DNA from: Sphaerodactylus townsendi
Lineage: Eukaryota
DNA: 64,000 nucleotides
Direction: 5' to 3'
Assembly: GCF_021028975.2 (NCBI RefSeq)
Contig: NC_059427.1
Location: 45,508,001 to 45,572,000 of the forward strand
The position numbers and the translations under genes are program-made. The notes below the pieces were generated by a model, which worked only from the letters and a program-made list of their open reading frames with translations, made no database searches and had not been told where the DNA came from. The number at the start of each line of letters is the position of its first letter. Position 1 is the stretch's first letter. Below, piece by piece: positions 22,009 to 36,096 of the stretch.

Positions 22009-23861
22009 GACAAGCACATACTCACCAGAGCCTAAAGGCTCCAGAGTGGCTATTGGCACACAATGACTGGCTCTTCCTGCCAATACCCCAGCTCCACAGA
22101 TACACCCTGAGGGATAACTATTTTTGTAGTGCAAGAATAGGAGGGCTGAACTGACTTATGCTGCAATCCTAAAGAGTTACAGTTTTCTAAGTCAGAAGTT
22201 CAGGGGCTTACAAGGATGTAACTTTGTTTAAAACTGTACCGAGTCTCCAATTCACTAATGAAAGAGACAACAATGATCTATTACAGTGTTTGAGAACCAT
22301 CAAGAGTTTTCTCTGTTAGTATTGTACACTCTGTTAGAATTGTACATGTTAACAAACTTTGAACCTGTACTGTAAATGACCAGAAGGGGAATCGGCAACT
22401 CTGTTATCTTGCATGTCAGAGGCTCACATCTTACTGTTTAAGGATATAGTTAACATTCCAAATCTCATTCCCCCCTGAAGCTACCAAGAGGCTGGCACGA
22501 AGCAGGAGTAACAGAACTGTTTCCTCTGTACCAAGATTATAGCTCCTCAGGATTTATGGATTTGGGAAAGACAAAACAGGCAATGAAAAAGTCACAACTG
22601 AATCTGGAAGCAGTCAAAAGCTCTGTAAGGCTGAAGCCTATTGTGACACCTTTGTGACACCTATTTTCAAAGGTTTAATTTATACTGTTTTGGGATGGGG
22701 GAGTCTTTGAGAGAAACTTTAGCTATGTGAGGACACAAGGAAATTTCTGACAGAGAATTCACCATTCACTGTCAAAGCTGTAACTCCCAGATTTCCTTGA
22801 GATGGTAACTATGACACAGTTGACCTCCTTTACATTTGTAGAAGAGATATCCATTTGGAAATTAAATCAAAAGTGATTAGCGTAGTTGGGTCGAAGGGAA
22901 GGGGAAAATGCAGTTGGGATTACAGGATGAAATGGTGGGTTCAGTAGATATTACTGAGGGAAGGAAGTGGAGGCATGCAGGAACTCTAAACCTTGATAAT
23001 CCCAATGAAATTTTTTTTGCACATAGCTCCTATACTGAAGAACTTTGACCAACCTTATTATGAACAGATAGACACTTGTTTATTTGTATTTCTTCCTATT
23101 CTAAAGATCCAGTGTGCCCCCCCATCCCACACTTATGTTTTCCTCAACCATTCAGTTATTTCGTAAACTGTTCATTACTAATGCCGACTGCATCTTTTTC
23201 ACTACTTAAGATGACTTTTTGTTGTCCTTCCAATTTCTATCAGCATTTCTATTTCTCAGTTTTCCAAGGTCTTTTTTGTCTTTCTGAACTCACCCCCGAC
23301 TAGAGTTTCCTTTATTTTTTCCTCCCCTACTTTTTAAGTTACAGCTTATCCACATCCCTCCTATTACGAGAAAAAAGAGGTTCACCTGGCAAGTCTAGGA
23401 GGGAGTTAACTGTAGCTCATATATAATGATTTAAATTCCGTATTCTGCCCTACAATGAATGCTGAAGCAAGAGAAATGTTGGCAATCTGGTTAAGGGGGG
23501 GCAGGGATGGGGCAATGGTATAAATTGATGATGAAAAGCTGAACTTGGGTATATCCACGGAGATTCTGCAGTGCACCATGCTGATGTAGCATCTCTCCAG
23601 ATTTTGGAGCTAAGGCAGCTGAAAATTATACTGCAGCAAAAACCTGTTTGGTATCTTTCCATATTTATGTAACACAGACAACTGCAGGCCTCTAATGCAG
23701 GCAGCTGCCTTGCACTGTCTCCCCCTAGAACAGTTTTTTGCCAATTTCGCTGTGCACAACTTGCATTTTAAACTGAAATCTATCCCTCCAGCAGTAGTGA
23801 TATCCACCACGCCCGAGAATGAAAAATTCAAAAGATATGGTTGTTATTCACATGCACTTAC

Positions 23862-23889
23862 CTGGTCGTCCCACATTCAGCTCTTTCAC
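23862..23889 (-). CDS. SRGAP3: SRGAP3 exon E (28-nt micro-exon), (G)ERAECGTT(R)
   Basis: CCTCAG|GT GAA AGA GCT GAA TGT GGG ACG ACC AG|GTAAGT; required to join exon D (phase 1) to exon F or F' (phase 2). Confidence 0.95.
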
Positions 23890-26800
23890 CTGAGGGAAAG
23901 GAGAGGAAAATCACGTATTAATTTCATTCTTTTTTTTTAAATCAAAAGGGCAGAGTTGGGCAGGGGGGGGCTAATGAGCAGAAACAGTTTTAAAATTTAG
24001 ATATGAGTTAATTACTTTTGGCAAGTGAGAAACTGCAAGTGCCCGAAGATGCTGCACGTTATTGAAAATTGTAGCCTGTTGCTAGGTTACCCATTTCACA
24101 TCTCAACTGCTGAAAGACATCTTGCAAGTCAAGAACCACATCCTGGGCTCTCAGCTTCCCCAACCCAATCAGCCAGCTACTTTGGAACAAAGCCTGCAGA
24201 TATGGTAGCTTATTTTCTCTTTTCATTATAACTTCTGCAGTCAGCTCCAACTGTAACCTTTGTACCCTTCCATCTGTGGAATTGAAACAGGGAATGATTT
24301 CTCAGTACCCGAGCTCAAGTTTTCAAACTGCCGAAGCTCAAAGGTCTTCTAGAGGCAACACAAGTTCTGTCTAGCTGAGCAGTAATTTTACAGAGATAAG
24401 CAGCAGGAGGCCCTGAAAGCTTCGTCTCCTGCTTTAATTTTTCGATTAATACTATCTTCAGCATTCTTATGGAAATGTTATCTGTCTTTAGCCTTCAGGG
24501 ATGAAGTTTGTTAAAAGATTATAATAAATTATTATAAAGATCCATGCAGCTGGTATAAATTGGAATAGCTCTGCCGTCAATGAAGCTTAGTCAATCTGCA
24601 CCAGATGAAGATCTCTCAAAATTCCTTATTCCCAGCAATCAAAAGAAAAAGGAAGGGATATTGAAGAGTTCCGATAAGGACAAGCGTCCTTGGGGAACAA
24701 GCAGGAGATTATCCCTCACCTCAAGGAAGATCGCAAATGGCATGTGAATACAGCAGAGTATTCACCTGCTCAGCTTTTCTTTGGAGACAACCCAGCATCT
24801 GATTGTAACTAGGCAGACTCCATTCTCGCCACTAGTATCTTTACTCCCTTTTTCGTATTTATAACATTCGAATGCAAGTAGCAGGCATATCTACAATATG
24901 ATGCAAGTAGAAGGCATAGCTACAATATGATCTATTCGTTGTGCAAAAAAAGAGCATGTTACTCCTCTGATGTGGAATTTCCTGACATTCTCTGGTTTTC
25001 TGGCTTTAAATTATCATACAGCTGTTTATTTTTATTTCTTACTGGACTTAAAAAGGGAACACTTTGGAGGCAAGATCTGGAGGCTATGCAATCGTGTGTG
25101 CAAAACATGAACCCTAAAAAACCCCTCATGATTTCTCTTTATACGTTATCACTTGCCAACTCGTTAATCCATATCAGAAGATCTACAGACAAAACGCTTC
25201 CAAGAGAGAACAAATGGACTTGCCTTATACCTGTTGAACATACTGGTGCATCTAAACTAGTACTGTATATATTGAACAATAACAACCCTTAAGCACAGGG
25301 GCTTTTCCCAACCCTGCTGTCTTCAATACTTTTAACCAAAGATGTTAGGAATTGAACTTGGGATCTTAGAAAAGCTCTCTGGAGAATATGACCTATCATT
25401 TTTTAAAAGGGTATTTGACTCCCTTGAATTCAATGCTAACTAGTCCTTATTATGACAGGTTCTGCACAGATTACCTGCCCTGAGTTCAAAGGCTTTTGGG
25501 AAGAGGTGTTTTTTCCTGCTTCCTCATAGCATCAAGGTACATTTGTGCACCTCTGGGAATGGCCTCAGTGTTTTTTCTGATCTTTCTCAAACCTGTTTTG
25601 CTGTGAAGCTTGATGAAACAGCATGGTAAAGTCTGGATTGCGGAAGTATGGATGGGAAAATTCATATTTTCTGGCCCATATGGAAGCCACAGTCCTTGAC
25701 CCAGTTACTGCAGAATCCATTTCCTCACTCTACTACCTGTTTTTTTATCATTTTAAAAATCAGCACTACTATATCATTGTATTGATATAGCATTGTAACA
25801 ATATTTGCAGCTGAATTCTCATTTTTCATGCAAAGAAAGCTTCCCTTCCCTTACAAAAGTATAAGGGAAAAGGCACATTGTTGCGACTAAAGGGGCGAGA
25901 AACAAAAAAAAAGTGGGAATTTAGTAACCCTGGTATACATACAGTTACAATGGCATAAATAATGTGAAAATGGTTGTATACAACACAGGGCATGCTGCAG
26001 GTAGAATGAGGAATGAAAAAGATAGAGAATGTTAGTAAAAATGAATGAATAATCTTTTGGTTGGTTGTTATACATTACTTGTGTATAAAAAAGATGGTAT
26101 TAGTGGAAAAAGAAACACCAGGTCCTTGGAACAATTATAATATAAGCTGGTTTCAAAATAAAAGGGTTTAGTCAGAAATATTATACATAAAGGTGAAGGC
26201 AGGATGAGAACCAGTTAGATCTTTCCCCCTTTTCTTTGTCATTCTGATCTCTTCTTTACTAAATGTCATACACGGTATGGGTTATTGGCTATTTTTCAGG
26301 GGCTAGAGGTTGACACTTTGTATTTCATATCTATTTCATATCTATTTTTTTTTCTCTTCATATAGGATTGTGGGTCCACCACCTTGTAGATGATGTAGTT
26401 CAAAAAAATTTAAAAATTGTATATCAATATAACAATAATCTAGTGCCATTATTTAAACTGCAAAACCCCACAGGGCCCAAGGGAAAAGGTGGCCACTGCT
26501 GGGGGACTAGGACAGGGACTTTGAGGGGAAACCTGTTGTGTGAAGGGCCCACTGTTGCTGTACTTTATCTGTAGCCATACCAGCAACAGGGAAACCACAC
26601 AAACCTGTCACACAAACCTGTGCTGATCTCCCCCTCTTTCAAACTAAAACAAGCAATAAACAATGCTGTTTTCAGAAGATCATTCAATTGGTGGGAAACT
26701 GTCTGGCAGACTTAGATGGATAACTATGCTGCTTAAGATGGCGTTGTAAGTAAAACTGTAGATAATATTTCGATTAAATATTTCGATTCAAAGGGAAAGT

Positions 26801-29800
26801 CAAGGCCTCTAGCACTCCTGGAACATTCGACTGCTTAGAATCACAGCCTGAGAGGCCAGATGGACTGAACCAGAGAGAATTTCAAAACAGGATCAAACTA
26901 AGGAGGTTTTGAAACACAAAAAGAAAGCAAAGAGCAAGCTCTGGAAAGGAATATAGTGCTGAAGCTTACTTTCAGTGGAACATGTGTGAACAGGGCTAGT
27001 GTCAGGACAAGAGAGAACATGGTTATAAGCGTCCCTTTCTGTGAGGTTACTCTCCCTCCTCTCTGCCATCATGCCTTCAGCGTTGGGGCTCCTCAGGCCT
27101 CAGAACTAGGGCAAGTGGTATGCCAGCTGAGTAACGCAGTTCCCGCCTTTCCTCCACTGCAGCAACACTCTGCCTCCCTCTCTGGCGTTGTGCTTCTTCC
27201 TTCCTCCCTGACTTGCCTGTGAAGCCAACCTTTTATTTCCCTCCCTTGTCTAACTCACACCTTCTCCGTCCTTCAGAAACCAATCATCCACTTCTCCGCG
27301 CATTCACCCAATGGACCCTACACCCTGGGTCTCGCCCCACCCACCTATTTCTGTGGCCCAGGTGAACCTCGCGGTTGGCTCCTGCAGATTCTCTTGCCTG
27401 CCTTAGGCATGCAGCTTGATGCCTGGTGTTTTCCCCTCCCTCTGATGGCCACAGACCAAGTAGGAATTTCAGCTCCAAGGACTTGGGGTGGTGGGTGGGG
27501 GTGGAGGTGGAGTCCAGGTGCAGGCTTGGGTACAGACAATAATTGAGACCTCGAATGTTGCAAAGAGAGGGAATGAAGCTGTTCCAGAAAGCATGCACAT
27601 ATATGGACTTGAGACTGAGAAAATAAGGCAGAACCCTGGAGCATGTGGGATGGTGAGGTATTTGCTATGATCTCCTTCAGGAGATTGCTTGACAAATATC
27701 ACCAGTTCTTTTAACATCTCTCTGGCTGATACAGCTCTTGATAAAAAGGAATGTAAAAATATAAAAAGTCATATAAAGTAAGGATGTCAAAGTGCCTGGA
27801 ATCTTACCTGGTGTTTCTTGCTAAGCAGAAAACTTTCTAATAAAACATGACATTCACATCATGAATGGACTGATAGCATACGCTTAGAACTGACATCATC
27901 TGTGAGGCTTATTCTCAGTGTCACAGTGTCTGAACCACAGGAAGTGTCCAGATGGGTTCAGCTTTAACTGGCCCCCAGCCTCATCTTCTCTCAGATGTCA
28001 AAAGCTTGAATCTGGAAACAGCTGCTCTCCTCTCTGCCTAGCAGTGACTGATTATGCCTAATGAGACCCATAAGAATTCTAATATGAAATACAGGCTTAA
28101 GGTGGGGTATAAGAAGGGCTGACATTGTTCTGTTATTGCTGTAAATGCTTGGAAGGTGACCAGCTCTATGGCAAAATGGAACTTTTGAGAGACAACAAAG
28201 CAAGTTTTCATCATTCTCAATCCGATCCTTCAAAATGCTGCTCAGCTTAAAGAACAACCGGCGTGTGACAAATTGCTAGCTCTAATGGTGAGTCAGGCCT
28301 TAAAATTATATGCACTTGGAGCAGCAAAATATCTACGGGATTCAAGCCAACAAAATCTAATTAAACTTTTATATGTTAATATCTGCGTTACATGAGCTGT
28401 GGCATTAAAAGTAAATCAAAGGCAGCTGATTCTAAACTTTTAAAAGTACATTCTCCCTCAGCATATGGCAGCCAAATACGGCAATAAATCACCAGAAACT
28501 TCTGCAAATGGGGCACCTCTAAGATGAGGAATAACCCAGTATTCCAAAGCAAAGTAAAAAAAAAAATCTCATGGGCTCTAGCTCAGTTCAGGTTCCAATT
28601 TATAACTAGGACAGCACATAAATCATATATTTAACCTTTAGCATCTATTTAAGGAAGACTACCCATACTTCCTAAGATATTTTGAAGGACCTTCTTGCTC
28701 AAAGGAGAGACAAATGTCTGAAGTCATCCACCTTATGAGAAAAAACCCTTTGAACTTGTTATGACTAATGGTAGTGTGAGCACAGTAGAAAGACTGGCAT
28801 TTGTCTCCTAGGTCTTTACAAAAATAGACTGGAATGGAAACTCCAGTTCCCCCATCTCCAGCTTCATAAACCCTCTACAGAGATCAACTGAAGAGATTAT
28901 TCCCCAAAAGTTCAAAACATCTAATCATAGTTAGAACCTGGCAATTCGGATGTCAAGAGGAACAACTCCAGCAGAACTAGGTTTAAATGGAAAATTAATT
29001 GTGGCTAAAGCATGTTTAATTGCGGTAGAACGTTCATGAATCCTGGAAAAGTTAATAGGAACCTCATGGATCATTTCTCTTGATATCGCAGAGCACAAGA
29101 TGACAGTCCTAGTTTCTGGCTTTAGCAGTTTTGAAAAGGGGAAAGAGCATTTTCTTAGTTCCTACTTCACTGACCTACTCTAAAAGCCCCACTATATAGA
29201 GAAACCTTTGACCCATCTGCATGTGCATTAAAATGGGCAATATGTCCCAATAGGTTTGTCTGCTGCCAGGAAGAAAGAAAAAAGATTTCTCTCACAGAAT
29301 TTTGTCAACTTATAGTTCTTCTGACAGTCCAGTTTGTTTATCTACATAGGGCTGGGGCATGGTGAAGCAGCTGAGACCAACCACTTTGAGGAAGGATGCT
29401 TCTTCACTTTAACTTTGAACAGAGGCAAATGTTGCTGTTATAAAACTGATGTCCTTAGCCAGGCTTGTCTTCTTCTGGGCCAGTTTGGGAATCTTGCGTA
29501 TTGCCAACAGGGTGGGCAGCAGGGGCATGACTGGGCCATGCTGGGGGCATTCTGGGGGCATTTTGGGGTGGGGCGGCCGCCACTGCAGGGGCGCAGGATG
29601 CGCACATGCTCCGGGCGCAATTTCCCCTCGCTCCACCCCTGGGAAAGACAGAGATGTGGCCATGCTTGCAGGTGGTAGGACCTGTGTTGCTGTTGATAGA
29701 TGGGAGAGCAGTGAGAGATATTAAGGTGGACACTCCCATGATGCAACATTTTTACATGGAACACATCTTCTATTCTAGGACATATCATTTAGGGGTCACT

Positions 29801-30943
29801 GAGGCAAAGATTCCCAAACATTTTAACATTTGTAAAATACCTGATTCAAGATCTATCTGCCACATGGTATAAAGGTGTGAACCAATGCATGTAGAAGTAG
29901 AATTACCATAATTTTCTCAGAGGGACAACCCATCTCTAGAACCCTTTCCTTAAGAGGATCATCACACTCACAGCTTTTACTGCAAGACACTCATAAAGTT
30001 CCAGCTTAACATATAAAAGAATCATTAAAAAGAAAAAAATACAACCTGAGTTATACAAAGAAATGTAAGCAGAAATCTGACCCAGGCCAGTCAGTCTATA
30101 TAAGCGGATTCTGATGTTGTTAGTCTGTGGAACAGAATAAAACTGGACTTGGCCAGGTAGGAGCCTGCAGTTCAGGGTTCAAGCTGGCTGTGTCCAGATT
30201 TAAACTGCAGTCTCCAGCTCCAAAACCTGCAGTTTAAAGCTAGACCTGGCTGAGCCCAGCCTTGAATTGTGCCCCCTGCGTCAAACTGGGAAATAAAGAC
30301 TGGAAAGCTTCCCTGGGGTATGCAAAACAGTCAAGGTGTCCACACACATGGAACTCCACAAATTAATTCCAGGCTCTGAAATCTGTGGAATTGAATTCAG
30401 GCTCTGTAGTTAGAGAAATGTCTTTGTAATAAAGACAGTGAGACAGCGATCTGTTTTCCAGATGCTGGGCTGACAGTCATCTGGCAGAATTCCTGCTCAT
30501 ACATAAACCTTCCGAATGATATTTTCAGTGCATTTATGTTTGAGCATTATTGAAAAATCTGAGGGGGTTTTTTTGCAAAGGATCTTTTTTCTTGGTCAAT
30601 CAGGGTCACATAGAAAAAATCATGCAGCTGTGGGTCTTCATATGTTTTTCCTGGTCTGCTCTACAAGGCATTTGTATCTATTTGCAGGGTCACTGCTAAC
30701 ACTCAGGTATGTACCTCATAATTTGCAGAACAAATATCAATGTAGAATACATTCAGATGCCACTCTCAGCCAAAACTGAAGAGATTTTCTGCCAATCTTT
30801 TATTAAGCTCAACAGAAGCAGCCACTCAAACTACCAACATGAAGAAGAGGAGGCCTGAAGCAGATGAGATTTTAGAAATCTGGCATCTTACATCCTCTTG
30901 TGGTGAAAGGCACAAACTTTGGGTCTCAAAACTTGTGACTTAC

Positions 30944-31028
30944 CTTCTCCCAGAGTCTGCTTCAATAAGTCATGTTTCGCCTGCAACTTGGTAATAAGGT
31001 TACTGCCATTCAAATACTCTTTGAATTT
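30944..31028 (-). CDS. SRGAP3: SRGAP3 exon D (85 nt), end of F-BAR extension
   Basis: KFKEYLNGSNLITKLQAKHDLLKQTLGE(G); CCTCAG acceptor, GTAAGT donor. Confidence 0.96.
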
Positions 31029-31762
31029 CTGAGGAAGAAAAGAGACCAAAAAGACATACAATCACAGCCAAGCCGAACAAAAGCAAAGATTCTACAGATA
31101 AAAATACTTTATAAGAGATCAGCATTTCTCCTGTTGCGCTGCTAACGCGGCCTTGTGGAATAAAAACTATGTTGTAAGCCCTCGCAATCCAGACTTCAGT
31201 CTCTCTCTCAGACACAAAGCTGAACCAAGGATGCCTTTTTCTTTGGAGTGTTTAATTTCTCACAATTCAAGTATCAGTCCTGTTGATCTTATTAGGTCAG
31301 AAACCTTTGTGTTGAACAATGTGCTTGAGGTCAGGGCCTGAGACCACCAGAACCACCAAAGACAACAGTTCAAAGCAAGCTTACTTTTGTCAAGCTTGTG
31401 GGAATAGTCTCAATAAGCAACAAAGTCCTTTTCCTACAGAAAAGAGCCACTTATTGTGCAAACAGTGATAAAGGAAAAGAGAATTCCCACTGCATGAGGT
31501 CTGCTGGCTCGGCTGATCAGAAGCTTCTGCTGCAGGGGAGAAATTGTTTGGACTGTAGCCTTTATTTTGAGATTGCCTCACCCCTTATAGTAGCACCATG
31601 ATGGCACATAATTTCACGGCTGCTAAGAGCTGAGGAGGAAGATGGAGGAGGGAGGGGGAGTAAGGACTCTCAAAACCTCACAGTGAGCCTTAAAACTTTG
31701 AAAAATGAATCACAGAATTCTGAATTAACCAATAATATCTTTTGTGTTTGAAGGGAATACAC

Positions 31763-31950
31763 CCTGAGCTGTGGGTCAGGAAGTCCCAAGTTCAACTGTC
31801 ACATTTGCCAAAACTCACTAGCACACTATAGGTAAGCCACACTCTCAGTCTTGGCCTTTCACCACGCTAGCTGAAATGTGAAAATCGGGATCTTCTTTTC
31901 AGGGCTGTTATATTGGTTGGAATTGCTGAAAATGCGATATGAAATGCAAG
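31763..31950 (+). mobile_element. Old MIR/CORE-type SINE remnant
   Basis: Degenerate head (GGTCAGGAAGTCCCAAGTTCAA), then GGTAAGCCACACTCTCAGTC and TGTGAAAATCGGG...CAGGGCTGTT, resembling the MIR core. Confidence 0.4.
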
Positions 31951-33871
31951 GCAGAAGAAGCTCTGCCATATGCACATGAATATAGCATCGGAGATGACTA
32001 GCTGAGTCACAAACACCACAATGGTCAATATTCAAAGGCACATTTATATCACCTTGCACAATGTACCAAACACATTTTCCTGCATTAGTGCCACAAAACA
32101 ATATACGATGCCCATCTTCGTTTTAACAGGGCTTGTGCAGGAAAAGTTCCTAGTGGTTTGTATGAGTTTTAAAATAAATCTTCTAGAGACTCTGGGTGGC
32201 CACTCTAAATCGGGGGAGGGGGGGATCAACAGTTCAGGATTGGGAAATAACACATCCCTCACTAGAAATGACCAGTCAAAAATAAAATACAGTGCTGAAA
32301 GTGCAATGGGGGAGGGTTTGAGGTTGTTATGCCACAGCCTGAAATGGCATAGTCACAGCACAGCCACACCACCTCCTAAGAGGCATGACCAGCAAGCTAA
32401 CAGTAACACTGCCCTTTCCCTTGTGAAGTGGCCTATGACTCAGTGGCATAGCACCTAGGGGGTGGAGGAGTTTGCGACACACCGAGTGTGCGCAGGTGCG
32501 GGGGCTTGGAGGGGGAGTTCCGGAGTAGAGGCAGGCAGGGGTGTGGCAGGGGCACAGGGCGCCTGCGTATCCCGGATGCAGTTCCCCCTCGCTCCGGTCC
32601 TGCTAACTCTAAAGGCTTATTTTGATCTATCTGTTTATTATTATACCCATTCTCCAAGGTTCTCCCCTCCTCTATTTCATTCATATAGCCATTATACCTA
32701 GAGCATGACTAGCCTGGACCACCCTGGAAACTTACTGGAATCTAGGCCTGTTCCCTCCAAGTACAAAACACTAAGCCATACACCCCATTGGTAGACAGAT
32801 AGAAAGGCTGCGGAAACAATCAAGCATTTGGCAAAGAGCTGTCTTCCGAATCTGGCTATGTTTAAATACTGCATAAGCAATCTGTGCTTGACTGTGAGAA
32901 GCAGAAGGTCCCAAGCCTTTAACAAATTTGTTCAAAAATTTAGAAACATTTTTAGAAAGACCACAACTGGTAGGAGAAAATGGCTGTTTGAATTGTGGGA
33001 AAATGCAGTTTCTCTGTGATCTTCCAGCTATCAAAAGATTATGCCATCTGGATGCTGAACAGCAGCAGCTTTTTTGTCTTTATCGTGGCTCTTTTTATTC
33101 CAAAGGAAAAGTCACAACATTCAGTTTTAGTGAATCACTAACATCTTTTGTTATAAGGGAAGGAGATAAGACACTTCTGGTAGGTAAAATCCTCCACATA
33201 AATGTGTCAAGGGAAAAGGACAGACACCAGCAAGCTTAGTTTACACCACCCTGTAAGAATTCTCTATTCCCTAAAATCCACAGAACCACAGAGGAAAAAT
33301 ACAGACACGCAGAAGGGCTTTTTGCTTTTATTTCTGAATACCAGTCACCATCCATTTCCTCCTCATCCCCTTTTTGTATCTAAAACATGCCATTTCAAAT
33401 TTCCAAAGGCTTAGTCCAACACAATACAAAGGGCTCCTGTGCATGAAATGAGACTGGAACTCACTCACTACATTTTGGTCTAGAAAGACCAGGGATTTGC
33501 TGCAAAAATGGCAGAACTAAGCTGGAAAACAGAGACACCCCAGATTCTTGTGAAAATGTTATGTTGACTCTTCACTGTGTTTGGTATTGCATGAAGACCA
33601 CATCTGCCAAATAATCCCTTCACTATCTATTCTTACAAGGGGCTTCTGCATCTCATCATGTGGAAGGGACTCTTCCTCCTTAGGAGAGGTGCAACTACTT
33701 CCTACTAAAATCAGGGCCTATTACAAACTTGCTGTGCCCTTTCTTTATGCTGGAACACAGATACATAAGGCTGTAACCTGGGTCACTGGATCAGCTAACT
33801 GTGCTTGGTATATAGACAGAATATATAGTATATAGACTGTGCTTGGTATATAGACAGAAGATTATCCTCAC

Positions 33872-34069
33872 AGTAAAATAGAACATTTCTGTTTCCTGTT
33901 GGTTGGCTCTCCTCTTGGCAATGTTTATTTTGCTCATGTAAGTCTCTGAAGCCGCTGATTTGATCGACTCTGTGGAGCGACTATGCTGGAAGGCATCCGA
34001 GACGTCAAAATCTTCCACAGTCAGCATGTCTTGCAATGTCTGCATAGTGGCATCCAGCGTTTTGCGCAC
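33872..34069 (-). CDS. SRGAP3: SRGAP3 exon C (198 nt), F-BAR extension coiled coil
   Basis: VRKTLDATMQTLQDML...RANQQETEMFYFT (66 codons); CTGCAG acceptor, GTGAG donor. Confidence 0.97.
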
Positions 34070-34656
34070 CTGCAGGAATTGAAGGTACAGAAGATTGTGT
34101 GCCAAAGTGAAATGTACACAGGTTAATCATAACAACTGCATGAGTTGAGATACAGTGCCTTTGTTGTGCTAAAAGGATAAATGTTTTAAAAACCACGAGC
34201 ACGTCTGTGCCCCCAGAGCTTTATCAGAAATGCACTGAAGCACTTGTAGATGTCATTCCAGCTGGCAAAAGTAGCACCAGACCTGGATGGGCAACAGGAA
34301 GCAACTTGAAGCAGTTGTTCCTGCTTTCAAGCTACCATTGCCCTTATGTTACAGCCCTGTGTTGAACCTTTGATAAGCAGCAGCTGGCACAAGCTCTGGC
34401 CTGTATCTGGCCACACTTTAAAACAGCAGCTATAACCATTTCCCTTCATAATACAACCAAGAGAGCTCTGGTCCTCCAGCAGAAGACATTTCACATCCTA
34501 GAGTCAAGGGACAAAAGTGAGAATTCATTCTCATTCTCTTTCCCTGCCCTTCCTTTGGTGCGTATTGATTCATAAGCCACTGGGTATCAAGTCAATAGCA
34601 CAGCAAAGTGGATAAAGTTTGTTTACATAAAGATCAAAGTCAATTACAGCTCTCAC

Positions 34657-34758
34657 CTCTTCGTTCTCTATTTTGAGTGTGGCAAGTCTAGACTGCAGTT
34701 GATGATATCGCATGAGCAACTCTGTCTGAACTGGCTGCTGAGCGCTCACCTGACATAC
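34657..34758 (-). CDS. SRGAP3: SRGAP3 exon B (102 nt)
   Basis: VCQVSAQQPVQTELLMRYHQLQSRLATLKIENEE; TTTTAG acceptor, GTGAG donor. Confidence 0.97.
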
Positions 34759-35874
34759 CTAAAACAGCAACAAAATTGAAAAGGAAAACCTAGATTATTC
34801 TTTGTGCATTTATTATACCTTGAGGATTTTCCCTCCTACATTTCTTGCTATTTCTCCAATCCCTGTGGAGATTTTAAAAATCCACAAAACGTAACATTTG
34901 AGAGTGGTTTCAGACGTTACAAGCAAATAACAGGGGAAGGATGCATGGCAGAATTAAACTTCCTCTGCCAATACTTGTTAAAAACATCTATGTTCAACCT
35001 ACAAACAACACTGCACATCCGTGAGTATAAACCTACACACTCATACCCTGCAACGTTCCATAGATACTGCTCCCATGATTGGTTGAAGAGATCAGGAGGT
35101 TATGGTCAGCTTTTTTCTATAAGCATAGTCAGAGGGAAAAATATTTTTTTTGCCTTTCCCCTCACCTGTCCTTGCTGCTAGGAAGGTATTTATATTATGC
35201 GCTGAAAACTTGCTTTAAGAACCAACCATGCTGTGTTCAGACCCCACAGAGTAGCATATTCAGCTTTATTATTTGTATGCATTCTACTGCTGCTGAACTG
35301 CATTTCTTGATGCCAAACCCAAATGAGTTTGGTTGTATTAGCAGCTATGACAGGGCATGCCATGACAAGGAGTACACAAATGTCCAATCCTAGCACTGAA
35401 TAGATTAAAAAAATTCTTTAAAATTCAGCAAGGTGGCAGTAATGTGCCCTTCTAGATATCCACTGGGATTCTTTATCACCACCGCCAGAGATTAACTACT
35501 GCCAGTTATATTTCATAACTATGGATTAGCCACTGGAACTATTTCCCTCTTCTATCTCTCCATTTCAAGAGGAGGAAAGAAGCCCTAGCTGAAGAACAAA
35601 AAGCCGATTAAGAAATCAAGTCTGTATACAGCAGCTATCTGTAAAATCTGAATGGAAACCAGCAAAAGGAATAATCTGGACGTGAGCTAGCATTTTAGAA
35701 TGCCTGATCACAGCACAGAGCAGCAACAATCACACCTGAACATAACGATCAATAGCAAAGACAGCTAAAACACCCATTCCACTGATAATGACAGCGTTGA
35801 TAATGACAGCGTTGTATTAAGGCAGAACTAGATTGCACATGCTCAGAAGAAGCCATTTTCTATCGTTCCAGTAC

Positions 35875-36096
35875 CTCATCCCCCATGTGTGGCTGGTATT
35901 CAAATTTCAGAGGAGGGCAGAAGACTTGGTTGCACATGTCCATGACTGTATGTTTGTCACTCCGGGCATCCAGGTTGTCTACAGCATTCTCAATTATGTC
36001 CAGGCCCTCATGGCGTGAGGTCTCGAGATTATATTCAGCGGACAGGTATGTCCTGAATGTCCGTGCCAAGCTTGCATGGAATCCCAGGTCACAACA
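35875..36096 (-). CDS. SRGAP3: SRGAP3 exon A (222 nt), C-terminal F-BAR region
   Basis: CCDLGFHASLARTFRTYLSAEYNLETSRHEGLD...FCPPLKFEYQPHMGDE (74 codons); TCGTAG acceptor, GTACT donor; residues match recalled SRGAP3 better than SRGAP1 or SRGAP2. Confidence 0.97.

Noticed and set aside
32441-32602. Possible hAT MITE starting CAGTGGCATAGC; similar GC-rich patch at 29520-29641
   Set aside because: The opposite TIR is too degenerate and no convincing TSD was found.
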